Of a stretch of 64,000 bases of DNA, positions 1-8,974 are shown piece by piece. A program made the position numbers and the translations under genes. The notes under the pieces are model-generated. The model saw nothing but the letters and a program-made list of their open reading frames with translations, did no database searches and was not told the origin of the DNA. Source of the DNA: Terriglobia bacterium (GTDB taxonomy: Bacteria; Acidobacteriota; Terriglobia; JAJPHL01; JAPKYU01). The stretch spans positions 32,001 through 96,000 of the forward strand of contig CBDCVK010000005.1 in the NCBI GenBank assembly GCA_965223005.1, in the 5' to 3' direction. Numbering within the stretch: the stretch's first letter is position 1; every line of letters begins with the position of its first letter.

Positions 1-431
1 GGGTCGCCCGTAATCCGCTCATCCTCCGGCTTAGCCCGGTCGCCAACCTCCGCCAGGTTGGATGCCTTTACCATGTGCGGCAGCTTCTCGAACTTGACGG
101 CAATCTTGCGGACTGCGTCCTCAGCGAGCTCTTCGCTCTCAGCTGCGACCACAGCCACGTCTTCCATTTCCCACTGAATCGCATCGCCCGGCTTCTTCAG
201 CACTCGGACCGCCTTGACCCCCGGCATGCGCTCGGCAGCGCTGGTGTCAATGCTGAGGAGGCGAGCATGCGCATAAGGACAACGGAGGGCGCGCGCGTAA
301 AGCATGCCCGGCCGGTTGATGTCGTAGGTGTATTTCGCCTTGCCGGTCACCTTCACCGGTCCGTCCGACCGGTCGTATCGTCCGCCGATGTGGCTACGCT
401 TCCCTGCTTTGGGCCAGGAATAATCAGGCAT
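1..431 (-). CDS. Xanthine dehydrogenase/aldehyde oxidoreductase family molybdopterin-binding subunit (N-terminal part, runs off the window)
   Basis: My translation from ATG 431: MPDYSWPKAGKRSHIGGRYDRSDGPVKVTGKAKYTYDINRPGMLYARALRCPYAHARLLSIDTSAAERMPGVKAV; KVTG.A.Y..D motif; start overlaps the stop of the 2Fe-2S subunit. Confidence 0.9.
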   Translation of the reverse strand, partial: MPDYSWPKAGKRSHIGGRYDRSDGPVKVTGKAKYTYDINRPGMLYARALRCPYAHARLLSIDTSAAERMPGVKAVRVLKKPGDAIQWEMEDVAVVAAESEELAEDAVRKIAVKFEKLPHMVKASNLAEVGDRAKPEDERITGD

Positions 432-1068
432 TGGCGCTCCCTCCTCTCCGGGCCTTGGCGGCCTCTAGTACCGCCTCTTCTATACCCGCGTAAGTGCCGC
501 AACGGCACAGGTTGCCGCCCAGGCCCTGGCGGACCTGCGCGCGGGTGGGGGTAGGATGCTTGTCCAGGAAAGCCTTGCAGGCCACGACAAAACCCGGAGT
601 GCAGAAGCCGCACTGCTGTGCGTCGTGCTTGACGAAGGCCGCCTGGACGGGGTCCAGTTGGTCGCCCTCACCGAAGGCTTCCACTGTGGTTATGGCCTTG
701 CCCCGGGCCTCGATGGCGAGCAGGCTGCAGGCATAAACGGGGGCGCCGTCGAGCATGACCGTACAGGCACCACAAGTTCCCCGGTCGCACACCTTCTTGG
801 CCCCGGTGAGGTCCAGGTGATTGCGCAACGCGTCCAGCAGCGTCACCCGCGGCTCCAGTTCCACCTTTTGAACCTTGCCGTTGATGCGCAGGCTGAAAGG
901 CACCTTGCGCGGGCCCAGCACCGGCGCCTCATGCCCGGCCGCTTCCGCCGGGCCGACTTCGCTCACCAACAACCCGGTCGGAACAGCCACACTCGCGCCT
1001 CTCAGGAAGTCGCGGCGCGAAAATCCTTTCCTGCCGGGAGGCGGTGCTTTTCGTTTCTTTTTGCTCAT
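424..1068 (-). CDS. (2Fe-2S)-binding subunit of an aldehyde oxidoreductase (PaoA/YagT-like) with Tat signal
   Basis: SRRDFLRG twin-arginine motif; CDRGTCGAC, QCGFCTPG and NLCRCG cluster motifs. Confidence 0.92.
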   Translation of the reverse strand: MSKKKRKAPPPGRKGFSRRDFLRGASVAVPTGLLVSEVGPAEAAGHEAPVLGPRKVPFSLRINGKVQKVELEPRVTLLDALRNHLDLTGAKKVCDRGTCGACTVMLDGAPVYACSLLAIEARGKAITTVEAFGEGDQLDPVQAAFVKHDAQQCGFCTPGFVVACKAFLDKHPTPTRAQVRQGLGGNLCRCGTYAGIEEAVLEAAKARRGGSANA

Positions 1069-1269
1069 CAGGGCTCTCCTCTGAGGGCTGCGTCCAGCTC
1101 AATGGGAACATCGGAAATGGTCTTTTCTCAGGCAAACGGGTCGGTCGTGGACCCCCATGTTACTCAAAAAGCACCTGGGCCGGAAGCGCTTTTTTGGGCT
1201 TCTTTGGGCTGTAAGTTTTGGCCCACGGCCGCCTGCTTGCCCGTTGTATAATCCCTGCGGGAGGAGCCT

Positions 1270-2136
1270 ATGAGCGCTGCATTGGCGCTGAAGCTCACCG
1301 TTCTCTGCTCCGGTGTGGACGCAGCCGGCAAGCCTTTCGAAGAACGCACACGCACGACGGCCGTCGAGAAACGAGGCGGTCGGCTGCTCACCCAACACCT
1401 GTTAAAAAAGGGCAGCCACCTTCAATTGCGCCTGCTGGCACGACCCGATGAGGAAGCCGAAGTCGAGATTGTGAAGGCGCTGGAGACTGGCAACGAGGGC
1501 ACGGAGTGGAACTTCCAGTTCCTGGTCCCCGTGGAGAATTTCTGGGGACTCCGGTTTCCGGCTGGAACAGCGGCGACGTCGTCCCCGGAAAGCATCGACG
1601 CCACCACCGCGCTGGCTGGAGTGACCGAGGAACTGGTCCTGCTGCGGGCCCATGCCGACGATCACCTGCGCCACTGCACTCAGGAAATTGACGCACTTCG
1701 CGAGCGGTTTACCCGCGAACTTCAGGGCGCTATGGATACCGCCGGTCGGCAGTTGCAACAACTCGCCCGGAGCACGATCCAGACCACTTTCCGCAGCTTG
1801 TTGGAAGACTTGGCCCGCAGGGCCGAAGAAACGGTGGACGAAAACCTGAAGCGGCTGCGCGAAGCGGTGGACCAGACCGGCGTGCAACACGCCAAGTACC
1901 TGGACGAAGAGGCGGAAACGGAACTGCAAAGGTTCCAGGAGCGCCTGGAGAAACAGGGCCGCCAGCTGACGACCCGCCTGGAACAGTTGCGGGTCGATGG
2001 CGACCGTGCCCTGCAGCAAGCGGGGCAGGCCGCCCTGGCGAACTTCCAGGCTGGCTGTGCGGACCTGCTGCGCGACCTGCTCCACTCCGCTGAGCCCGCT
2101 AAACCGTCCCGCCCACCGGCAACGCGCCGGAAATAG
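1270..2136 (+). CDS. PilZ-like N-terminal domain (degenerate) plus helical coiled-coil protein
   Basis: SGVDAAGKPFEERTRT...ENFWGLRFP N-domain followed by amphipathic E/Q/L-rich helices; GGAGGAG RBS and TATAAT at 1247. Confidence 0.6.
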   Translation: MSAALALKLTVLCSGVDAAGKPFEERTRTTAVEKRGGRLLTQHLLKKGSHLQLRLLARPDEEAEVEIVKALETGNEGTEWNFQFLVPVENFWGLRFPAGTAATSSPESIDATTALAGVTEELVLLRAHADDHLRHCTQEIDALRERFTRELQGAMDTAGRQLQQLARSTIQTTFRSLLEDLARRAEETVDENLKRLREAVDQTGVQHAKYLDEEAETELQRFQERLEKQGRQLTTRLEQLRVDGDRALQQAGQAALANFQAGCADLLRDLLHSAEPAKPSRPPATRRK

Positions 2137-2313
2137 CCGGCAGTACTTCATCGGCGCTCCGAGCCGACGCCGCGGTCCCCGCTGCGAGGAATCCGCTCCT
2201 CGAACGCGCAAGCCAACGAACCATTCGTTTCCCTCAAGAGGTATCCCTTTCGTCGCCCCTGGGGCGGTTGTCCAACGCCTCTGGAAGCTCGGTCTTCAGA
2301 TATCATTATCTGA

Positions 2314-3414
2314 GTGCAGAGCAGCCACCTCCAGATCCTCGAGAACGTGCCCCTGGCGCCGCTGACCACGCTGGGCATCGGCGGGCCGGCGCGTTTTTTC
2401 ATGGAGGCGCGTGACGAGCAAACTGCTGTGGCTGCGCTGGACTTTGCCGGGCAGCGCGGCCTGCCGTCGTTCATCCTGGGCGGGGGAAGTAACATCCTGG
2501 TAGCCGACGAAGGTTTTCCTGGCCTGGTCTTGCGCATGGGTGTCAGCGGCGTCTCCGAACAGCCCCAGGGCGACAAAGTGGTCGTGACGGTGGGGGCTGG
2601 AGACGATTGGGACGGCTTTGTAGCTTCCTCGGTTGAGCGCGGACTGGGCGGCGTGGAATGTCTGAGCGGAATTCCCGGCTCTGTCGGGGGGACCCCCATC
2701 CAAAACGTGGGCGCCTACGGCCAGGAGGTCTCCGAGACGATCGTGGCGGTTCGGGTGTGCGATCGGCTCAGCCGGCGCATCTTCGAACTCAGCAACTCAC
2801 TCAACAACGCCGAGTGCGGTTTTTCCTATCGGCACAGCATCTTCCTGAGTACTGCGCGGGACCGCTACATCGTGCTGTCGGTCACCTATGCTCTGCTCCG
2901 CGACGGCCAGCCGAGCTTGAAGTATCCCGAGGTGCAGAACTATTTTGCCGGTGGTGGCGGTAATCCTGGCTTGCGCGAGGTGCGCGAGGCGGTCCGCGCC
3001 ATTCGTGCCAGCAAGGCAATGCTGTTGGTCTCGGGCGACCCCGACTGCCGTAGCGCGGGCTCGTTCTTCAAGAACCCCATCGTCAGCGAGCAGCAATATG
3101 CGGAGATTTCAGCCCGCGCCCCGGCTCCGGTCCCGCGCTACCCGGTCCGTAACGGCGCCGACCGGGTAAAAGTGCCGGCAGCCTGGCTGATCGAGCGCGC
3201 GGGCTTCTCCAAAGGCTACCGGAGCGGCCGGGTTGGCCTCTCCAGCAAGCACACTCTGGCTTTGGTCAACCTCGGTGGCGCTTCGGCTGGTGAGGTGTTG
3301 GCTCTGATGCGCGAGATTCAGCAAGGCGTCGGCGACCGGTTTGGCATCCATCTGGCTGCCGAACCCCAGTTCGTGGGATTTCCAACGGACCAAAGCAGCC
3401 GCCAAAGCATCTGA
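2314..3414 (+). CDS. murB: UDP-N-acetylmuramate dehydrogenase
   Basis: TTLGIGGPA, LGGGSN, GIPGSVGG..QNVGAYG, FSYRHS, SAGSFFKNP, HTLALVN motifs. Confidence 0.96.
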   Translation: MQSSHLQILENVPLAPLTTLGIGGPARFFMEARDEQTAVAALDFAGQRGLPSFILGGGSNILVADEGFPGLVLRMGVSGVSEQPQGDKVVVTVGAGDDWDGFVASSVERGLGGVECLSGIPGSVGGTPIQNVGAYGQEVSETIVAVRVCDRLSRRIFELSNSLNNAECGFSYRHSIFLSTARDRYIVLSVTYALLRDGQPSLKYPEVQNYFAGGGGNPGLREVREAVRAIRASKAMLLVSGDPDCRSAGSFFKNPIVSEQQYAEISARAPAPVPRYPVRNGADRVKVPAAWLIERAGFSKGYRSGRVGLSSKHTLALVNLGGASAGEVLALMREIQQGVGDRFGIHLAAEPQFVGFPTDQSSRQSI

Positions 3415-3492
3415 TCGAAATGAAGCGCCGATAGTGGCCGAAAACACGCCGACAGGGTATGATGATGCCTCGAAAAAACCCCGGGAGAAGGA

Positions 3493-3744
3493 ATGGCTGA
3501 AACCAAGATTACCGCAAACAACAACGGCCCGCTGCGGGTCGAAGGGCAATTCACGATCCACGACGCACAGGGCAACGCGTTCGACATTGCCGGGCGCACC
3601 GTGCTCTCCTTGTGCCGCTGCGGGCATTCCGAGAATAAACCGTTTTGCGACGGCAACCACAAGCGGGCCGGTTTCCAGTCGGAAGTGAAGGCGCGGGCAC
3701 TTCCTCCACCGGCTCCCAAACCGCCTCTGGTCAATCCCGGCTGA
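3493..3744 (+). CDS. CDGSH iron-sulfur domain protein
   Basis: NGPL and LCRCGHSENKPFCDGNH motif. Confidence 0.93.
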   Translation: MAETKITANNNGPLRVEGQFTIHDAQGNAFDIAGRTVLSLCRCGHSENKPFCDGNHKRAGFQSEVKARALPPPAPKPPLVNPG

Positions 3745-3767
3745 AATCCCGGGTAAATCCAGGCTGA
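3733..3767 (+). repeat. Three imperfect ~12-bp tandem copies (AATCCCGGCTGA) at the CDGSH stop codon
   Basis: aatcccggctga aatcccgggta aatccaggctga. Confidence 0.6.
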
Positions 3768-3865
3768 GAGGCCGGACGGCAGGTGCTCGCAGGGGAATCC
3801 ATTCTTATCCCCCGCGCTACTTCTTACGGTCACAATGGCTACGGCCACGATGGCTCACGATACCT

Positions 3866-4768
3866 ATGGCTACGCTAGTTGTCGGCTCAGTCGCGTTTGA
3901 CGCCGTCCAGACCTCCTTTGGACGCGTAGACCGCATGCTAGGCGGCTCGGCCACCTATTTTGCCCTGGCCGCCAGTTTCTTCACCCCGGTGCGGCTAGTA
4001 GCGGTGGTTGGCGAGGATTTTACCGACGCTGACCTGGCCGTCTTCGGCGACCGCAACATCTCAACCGACGGTCTGGAGCGGCGGCCCGGCAGAACTTTTT
4101 TCTGGTCCGGCGAGTATAGTGCCGATCTCAATGAACGCCGCACGCTGGAAACCCAGTTGAACGTCTTTGCGGAATTCCAGCCGGAGCTGCCCGCCGCCTA
4201 CCGCCAGAGTGAGTTCCTGTTTCTGGGCAACATTGACCCGGAACTGCAACAGAGCGTGCAGTCGCAAATGTCGGCGCCGAAGCTGGTGGCCGGCGACACG
4301 ATGAATTTCTGGATTGAGCGCAAGCCGGAGCAACTGCGCCGGACGCTGGCGGGCCTGGACGTGCTGCTGATCAACGACAGCGAGGTGCGTCAACTGTCGG
4401 GGGAATACAACCTGTCGGTAGCGGCGCGGCGCATTCAGGCGCTGGGCCCTCGCACGTTGGTGGCAAAGCGGGGAGAATACGGCGCAGTGATGTTCCATGA
4501 CGGGCACGTCTTCCTTGCGCCGGGATTCCCGCTGGAGCAGGTGTGCGACCCTACCGGTGCCGGCGATAGTTTCGCCGGAGGTTTCATGGGAGCACTGGCC
4601 GAGGCCGGCGCCTTGGACGAAGCGGCGCTGCGACGCGCCATGATCTACGGATCGGTGCTGGGCGGTTTTACAGTCGAGCAGTTCGGCGTGGAGCGCCTGC
4701 GTAGCCTGACGCGTCCGGAGATTGACCGTCGCTACCGCGAGTTTCGGGAGTTGACCGCGTTCGACTGA
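3866..4768 (+). CDS. PfkB family carbohydrate/nucleoside kinase
   Basis: LGGSA.Y N-terminal motif; DPTGAGDSFAGG signature. Confidence 0.93.
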   Translation: MATLVVGSVAFDAVQTSFGRVDRMLGGSATYFALAASFFTPVRLVAVVGEDFTDADLAVFGDRNISTDGLERRPGRTFFWSGEYSADLNERRTLETQLNVFAEFQPELPAAYRQSEFLFLGNIDPELQQSVQSQMSAPKLVAGDTMNFWIERKPEQLRRTLAGLDVLLINDSEVRQLSGEYNLSVAARRIQALGPRTLVAKRGEYGAVMFHDGHVFLAPGFPLEQVCDPTGAGDSFAGGFMGALAEAGALDEAALRRAMIYGSVLGGFTVEQFGVERLRSLTRPEIDRRYREFRELTAFD

Positions 4769-4794
4769 CCCGGCTCCGCCTCATGCGGCACCCT

Positions 4795-5610
4795 ATGGTT
4801 CAAGTTCCTTTCATAAAGGCACACGGCTGCGGCAACGATTTCCTGATCGTGAGTGAAGATCCCGACCGGATGGCGCCGCTGGATGGCTTTGTGCGCCGTA
4901 TCTGCGACCGCCATTGCGGCGTGGGCGCCGACGGACTCTATTTGCTGTCGGGTGCCTCGGGGGATGCTGAGGCCGAAATCCACCTCTATAACTGCGACGG
5001 CAGCCCCGCCGAATTGTCGGGTAACGGCACGCGTTGCGTGGCCGCCGTTCTGGTGGCCGAGGGACGGGCCGCCGACCCGGCGCGGCTCCGCATCCGCACC
5101 GGAGCGGGGCTCAAGGAACTGCGGTTACTGGACCGCGACGACAATCGGTTCCGCTTTGAAATGCGTCTCGGGGCAACCAGCGTTTCCCCTGGTCCGGAGG
5201 AGACGCTGGCCGTGGGGCTCGGGAACCCTCACTGTGTGGCGTTTGTGGAACGCTTCGGCTTCGACTGGGAGGCGCGCGGCCGCGCGCTGGAACGTCATCC
5301 GCAGTTTCCCGATGGCTCCAACGTGGAGTTCGTACGCGTGATCGAGTCGCACCGTGTGGAAGCGCGCTTCTGGGAACGCGGCGCCGGCCACACGCTATCT
5401 TCGGGCACCGGCGCGGCAGCAGCCGCAGTGGCTGCTATCCACGCCGGGCGCGCCCGCTCGCCAGCGACGGTTTCGACCGAAGGCGGCGACCTGGAGGTGC
5501 GCTGGGAACCTGAAACGGACGTCTCCCTAACAGGCCCTGCGGAAATTGTCTGCCGTGGAGAGTTTTATTGGGAACCCAGCTCGTCTGGGACGCTGGGCGG
5601 CCGGGCTTGA
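4795..5610 (+). CDS. dapF: Diaminopimelate epimerase family protein (both catalytic Cys replaced by Ser); start may be 4783
   Basis: KAHGCGNDF, DRHCGVGADG, GNPH, NVEF, WERGAG motifs; SGNGTRC and SSGTG at the catalytic positions. Confidence 0.85.
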   Translation: MVQVPFIKAHGCGNDFLIVSEDPDRMAPLDGFVRRICDRHCGVGADGLYLLSGASGDAEAEIHLYNCDGSPAELSGNGTRCVAAVLVAEGRAADPARLRIRTGAGLKELRLLDRDDNRFRFEMRLGATSVSPGPEETLAVGLGNPHCVAFVERFGFDWEARGRALERHPQFPDGSNVEFVRVIESHRVEARFWERGAGHTLSSGTGAAAAAVAAIHAGRARSPATVSTEGGDLEVRWEPETDVSLTGPAEIVCRGEFYWEPSSSGTLGGRA

Positions 5611-5656
5611 ACCCGCAAGCCGGGCGGAGGCATGGCCGTTTGCGCCAGTCCAGCCC

Positions 5657-6148
5657 CTAGCGCGCGTACTTCTCGTCTATGGTCTTCTTGATCTCGGGGA
5701 TCGGCATCCCCTGGTTCTGCAGTTGTTGCGCTTCCAGCGCAATCACGCGGCACAGTATTCAAGTCTCACCGTGCCTGTCCACAAAGCAATCCAAGTTATT
5801 GCCGTGTCCGGGATTGATATAGCAGCCGCAGTAGCAGGGCATCCGCTCCAGCAATCGCGGATTGTTGCGGGCCACCTCGTAGGACTTACGGATCATCGGG
5901 TCGGCGAATTGCTCGGGCGGCAGCGCCACGGGGCGGGGCCGTCGGGGAACGGCCGGCAGAATCACCTTCGCGCTCAGACTGCTCTTTGCCTTAGCCTGCG
6001 GCTTGGCTGGCGCAGACGCCGCAGGCGGCCGCAAGGATCGAACGGCCAGGTAGCTCCCAGCACCCACCAGCAGTGCCACAGCCGCCACAGCCGAAGTGAT
6101 CCATCGCCGTGAGGCGCCAGGGCCGGAACGAGCTTTCTTCTGTGCCAA
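5657..6148 (-). CDS. PCYCGC-motif membrane-anchored protein, probable selenoprotein (UGA at 5759-5761 read as Sec, giving UxxC)
   Basis: GGAGG RBS + TTG start; TM helix; PCYCGC...GH.NNLDCF..HGET-UGA-ILCRVIALEAQQLQNQGMPIPEIKKTIDEKYAR-TAG; the post-UGA part matches the normal family C-terminus. Confidence 0.82.
5726..5742 (-). promoter_or_regulatory. Putative bacterial SECIS hairpin
   Basis: Minus strand TTGCGCT-GGA-AGCGCAA perfect stem with G-containing loop, starting 16 nt downstream of the in-frame UGA. Confidence 0.7.
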
Positions 6149-6174
6149 AATCAAGTCCTCCCGAAACGCGCCGG

Positions 6175-6318
6175 CTACTGCTTGTTCATCTTTCTCTCCA
6201 CGATGAACAGAAACCCGAATACACCGAACAACAGGATGGTCCCCACCAGGCACACCAGGGTCAGGCCGTCCAGAAACAGAAAACTCACAGACAATGCAGG
6301 GCAACTAAGCGACAGCAA
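6175..6318 (-). CDS. 47-aa single-pass membrane protein (below the ORF-track cutoff)
   Basis: AGGAGGTG RBS, TTG start, MLSLSCPALSVSFLFLDGLTLVCLVGTILLFGVFGFLFIVERKMNKQ; TATACT -10-like box upstream. Confidence 0.65.
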   Translation of the reverse strand: MLSLSCPALSVSFLFLDGLTLVCLVGTILLFGVFGFLFIVERKMNKQ

Positions 6319-6511
6319 TCACACCTCCTCTGGTTCAGTTACCCAGTATAACAGCACGCCCCCGCCGGGGGAACCCGACCGGGCGATTCTGCCCTTCGCT
6401 TTTGGATTCTGCGATTGAGCTGCAGAAGATTCAGTTACACAGACCAGTTACATAGAGAAGACCCGCCGGATGTCCTGATGAGCTTGCGGACCCGTGCCAC
6501 GAAGGCTGCGG

Positions 6512-7309
6512 TCAGAAGCGGGGAAAGGGGAGCGGGAGGCCGCGGGAGCGTTCCTGTCTGTTGGCGGGCGCTGAAGCTGCCGGAACGCTGCTCCGAAACT
6601 GGGGTCCCTCAAAGCTCACTTCTTTCTCGGTAAATACCAACTCGCGGTCCAGCACCATATCCAGTTGGGTTCCCCGCAGCAGCAGTACGTCGCGACCGCG
6701 GGTCAGCAGCACCGCAACCAGCCCGGCTGCCGCTCCGGCGGCGGCGCCGATACCCGTGCCCAGACCTGGGCGTCCGGTGGCCGAACCGGCGATGGCGCCA
6801 ATGCTGGCTCCTGTCGCAGTTGTGCTGGCGATCGTGCCTGCGTCGGCCCCCTTGGAGGATTCGCTTTCTATCTTGCCTTCCTTCTTCTCCAGCGTCTCGC
6901 CGATACCCGCCTCGACCGAACCTACCCGCCCGCGAAAATCCCGGGTCACGCCATTGGGCAGGGTCAGGGTATCAAAGCGGACGTAGAGCTCGCCGCGCCC
7001 CTTCACCCGTCCAGGTCGTTTCACCTGGGTAACGGTCCCGAGCACATAGCTGCCCGGAGGGATGACAATCTTCTGATCCACCACAATGGGGAAGCCTGTC
7101 TCCAGGTACACCCGATCGCCCTCTTGGGCGTTGCGCGTGCTGATGCTGTTGATCAGAAGCAAGGGAATGCGTGTGCCGGTCGCCACCGTATAGGTGGTCG
7201 GCTTCGGCTCCTGTTGGGTCGGTGAAGCTGCTTCCTGCGCCCACACGGGAACAGCCAGCAATAACATCATCAAGGACAGGGCCATCAAGGACAGAGTAAG
7301 TCTCCTCAT
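6512..7309 (-). CDS. Secreted TrbI/VirB10-like protein with glycine-zipper segment
   Basis: Signal peptide; GTRIPL...ISTRNAQEGD, IPPGSYVLGTV, GRVKGRGEL.VRFD, Gly/Ala zipper, TRGRDV.L.RGT. Confidence 0.72.
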   Translation of the reverse strand: MRRLTLSLMALSLMMLLLAVPVWAQEAASPTQQEPKPTTYTVATGTRIPLLLINSISTRNAQEGDRVYLETGFPIVVDQKIVIPPGSYVLGTVTQVKRPGRVKGRGELYVRFDTLTLPNGVTRDFRGRVGSVEAGIGETLEKKEGKIESESSKGADAGTIASTTATGASIGAIAGSATGRPGLGTGIGAAAGAAAGLVAVLLTRGRDVLLLRGTQLDMVLDRELVFTEKEVSFEGPQFRSSVPAASAPANRQERSRGLPLPFPRF

Positions 7310-7658
7310 AGCCAACTCTCACAAAATAATAACCCGAATCGGTCGAGATAGTTACATCTTTTCCACAACCTTGAATCAGATGGGGAATTTCGTTCCTGGT
7401 GTGGCAAAGGAACCTAGCGGAGAAATCCACCAGGATTGCTAACGCCTTGAAAAAGCGGAACGCACATCTTGGCCACCCAATTGCTTAACTCTGCTACGTA
7501 ATAGCCGGGTCAATGGTTCGCCCCAGAACCATAGCTCCCTGGCTTAGGTGTCTTCATGGTATTGGTCCTCATCCTCGCGCTCCTGGTGCTGCTGCTTTTT
7601 CTAGTAAGCCTGAGCGGGCCCCCCGACCTCGGGACCGGTGCCCGCTAGGAGCGCTCAA

Positions 7659-8974
7659 CTACCATAACCTCCGGTACAGGTTGAATCCAATGCGGAGATC
7701 GTCCAGCCCGTCGGTGAGCGAGCGGGTGGTGGTGGTGGACTGCGTGTTGGAAAGGGTGAGCCCGAACACGTGCCGGTTGGTGCTGCGCTGAATGCCGAAG
7801 GCAAACGTGTTGCGCGAGCCCAGCCTGCGGAAGCCGGCCACCCGAGGGCGCCACTCGACAATCAGCGCCGTGCGAGGGCGAATCCGGATGCTGGCGCCCA
7901 GGCCAACCGAGACCATGTGATCGCGGAGTTCTCCCGGGGTCAGGTCGCGGCGGTCCCCGGGGATCAGGCCGGGTCCGAATTCCCCGGGGGGCAAAACCGA
8001 GTTCAGCGTGCGCCGTGGCACCCCGAGGTTGAAGGTGGGCACCACGAATAGCTCAGCCACGTTGCCGATGGAGCGCGAAATCACTGGAACCAGGTTGGTC
8101 GTAAAGCGCTCGCTAAAGTTGTCCTCTCCATCAACGGTGGCGCGGAAGGAGAACGACACGGGGACTCGCTGGCCTTGTTGCAGCAGATGGAAGACCGGAC
8201 CCAGCTCAATGGTCGGACCGCCGAGCCTGCGCGGAATGGGGCTGCGGTAGGTGACGAACGAGACGCGCTCCAGCAAACCCACTTCGACACCAAAGGAGGA
8301 AATGGAGAAGCTGTCGAAACCGAACAGGTTGCCAAGGCGGTCCGGCCCCTTGAACGTCGGATCATCGAAGCGGTGAGAGAAGCGCAGGTGAAGGCTGCGC
8401 GGTGGTCGCACCCGGTTGGTCGGCAGGTTCACCAGGTAGTAGTCGAAGGTAAGCCGGGGTTCCAGGACTTCCTCCGGCTCCTCGGCGCGCGGAGGCACCG
8501 CCGGCGGCGTGCGGAAAGCCTGCACCTCGGCTGCATCCACCTTCTTGACGCTGCCTTCAGCGCGGTTCAGCAGGTACTGTTCGCCACCGATTTCCACCAG
8601 GACCTCCTCGTCCTTCCCGGCCGCCCAGGTGGCCTTCAGGGGTGCTTCTTGGGGACCGGGAACTTCAGCGCTAATACTCTGCAGGAAGTGGTCGGGCCAC
8701 TGCAGGCGAAACGCCGGCGTGACCCGATAGTCGTTGCGGTCGAACGCCCGACCAAAGGCATTGCGCGGCCCGCTGCCCTCCGGATTGACGTGGCAGGTGC
8801 CACAAGAACCGCGCAGCTCCGGGCGCGAGAACGGGTCGCTAGCGTAGCGCAGCAGAAATTCCGGCCTGCCGGTAACAAAGGTTTTTCTTGGAGACATCGT
8901 AGTCAGCAACAGGCAGCCGGTAGGCCGCTTAGCAGGGCGGCACCGGCCTGGGCCGTGATTTTCAGGCGGGGCAT
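7659..8974 (-). CDS. DUF5777-family outer-membrane beta-barrel with N-terminal CxxCH heme-c domain; 5' end probably frameshifted near 8920
   Basis: SCGTCHVNPEGSGPRNAFG; LVNLPT, FSHRF, HVFGLTLSNT, GFNLYRRLW barrel motifs; signal-like MPRLKITAQAGAALLSGL (ATG 8974) is in a different frame from GCLLLTTMSPRK. Confidence 0.7.

Noticed and set aside
5759-6304. 181-aa ORF-track version of the PCYCGC gene
   Set aside because: Its 5' extension overlaps the 47-aa ORF; an RBS supports the 6148 start and the 3' end is cut at the probable Sec codon
8903-8905. TGA after ...AACC as a second selenocysteine codon
   Set aside because: Coding similarity continues in another frame; a frameshift explains it better
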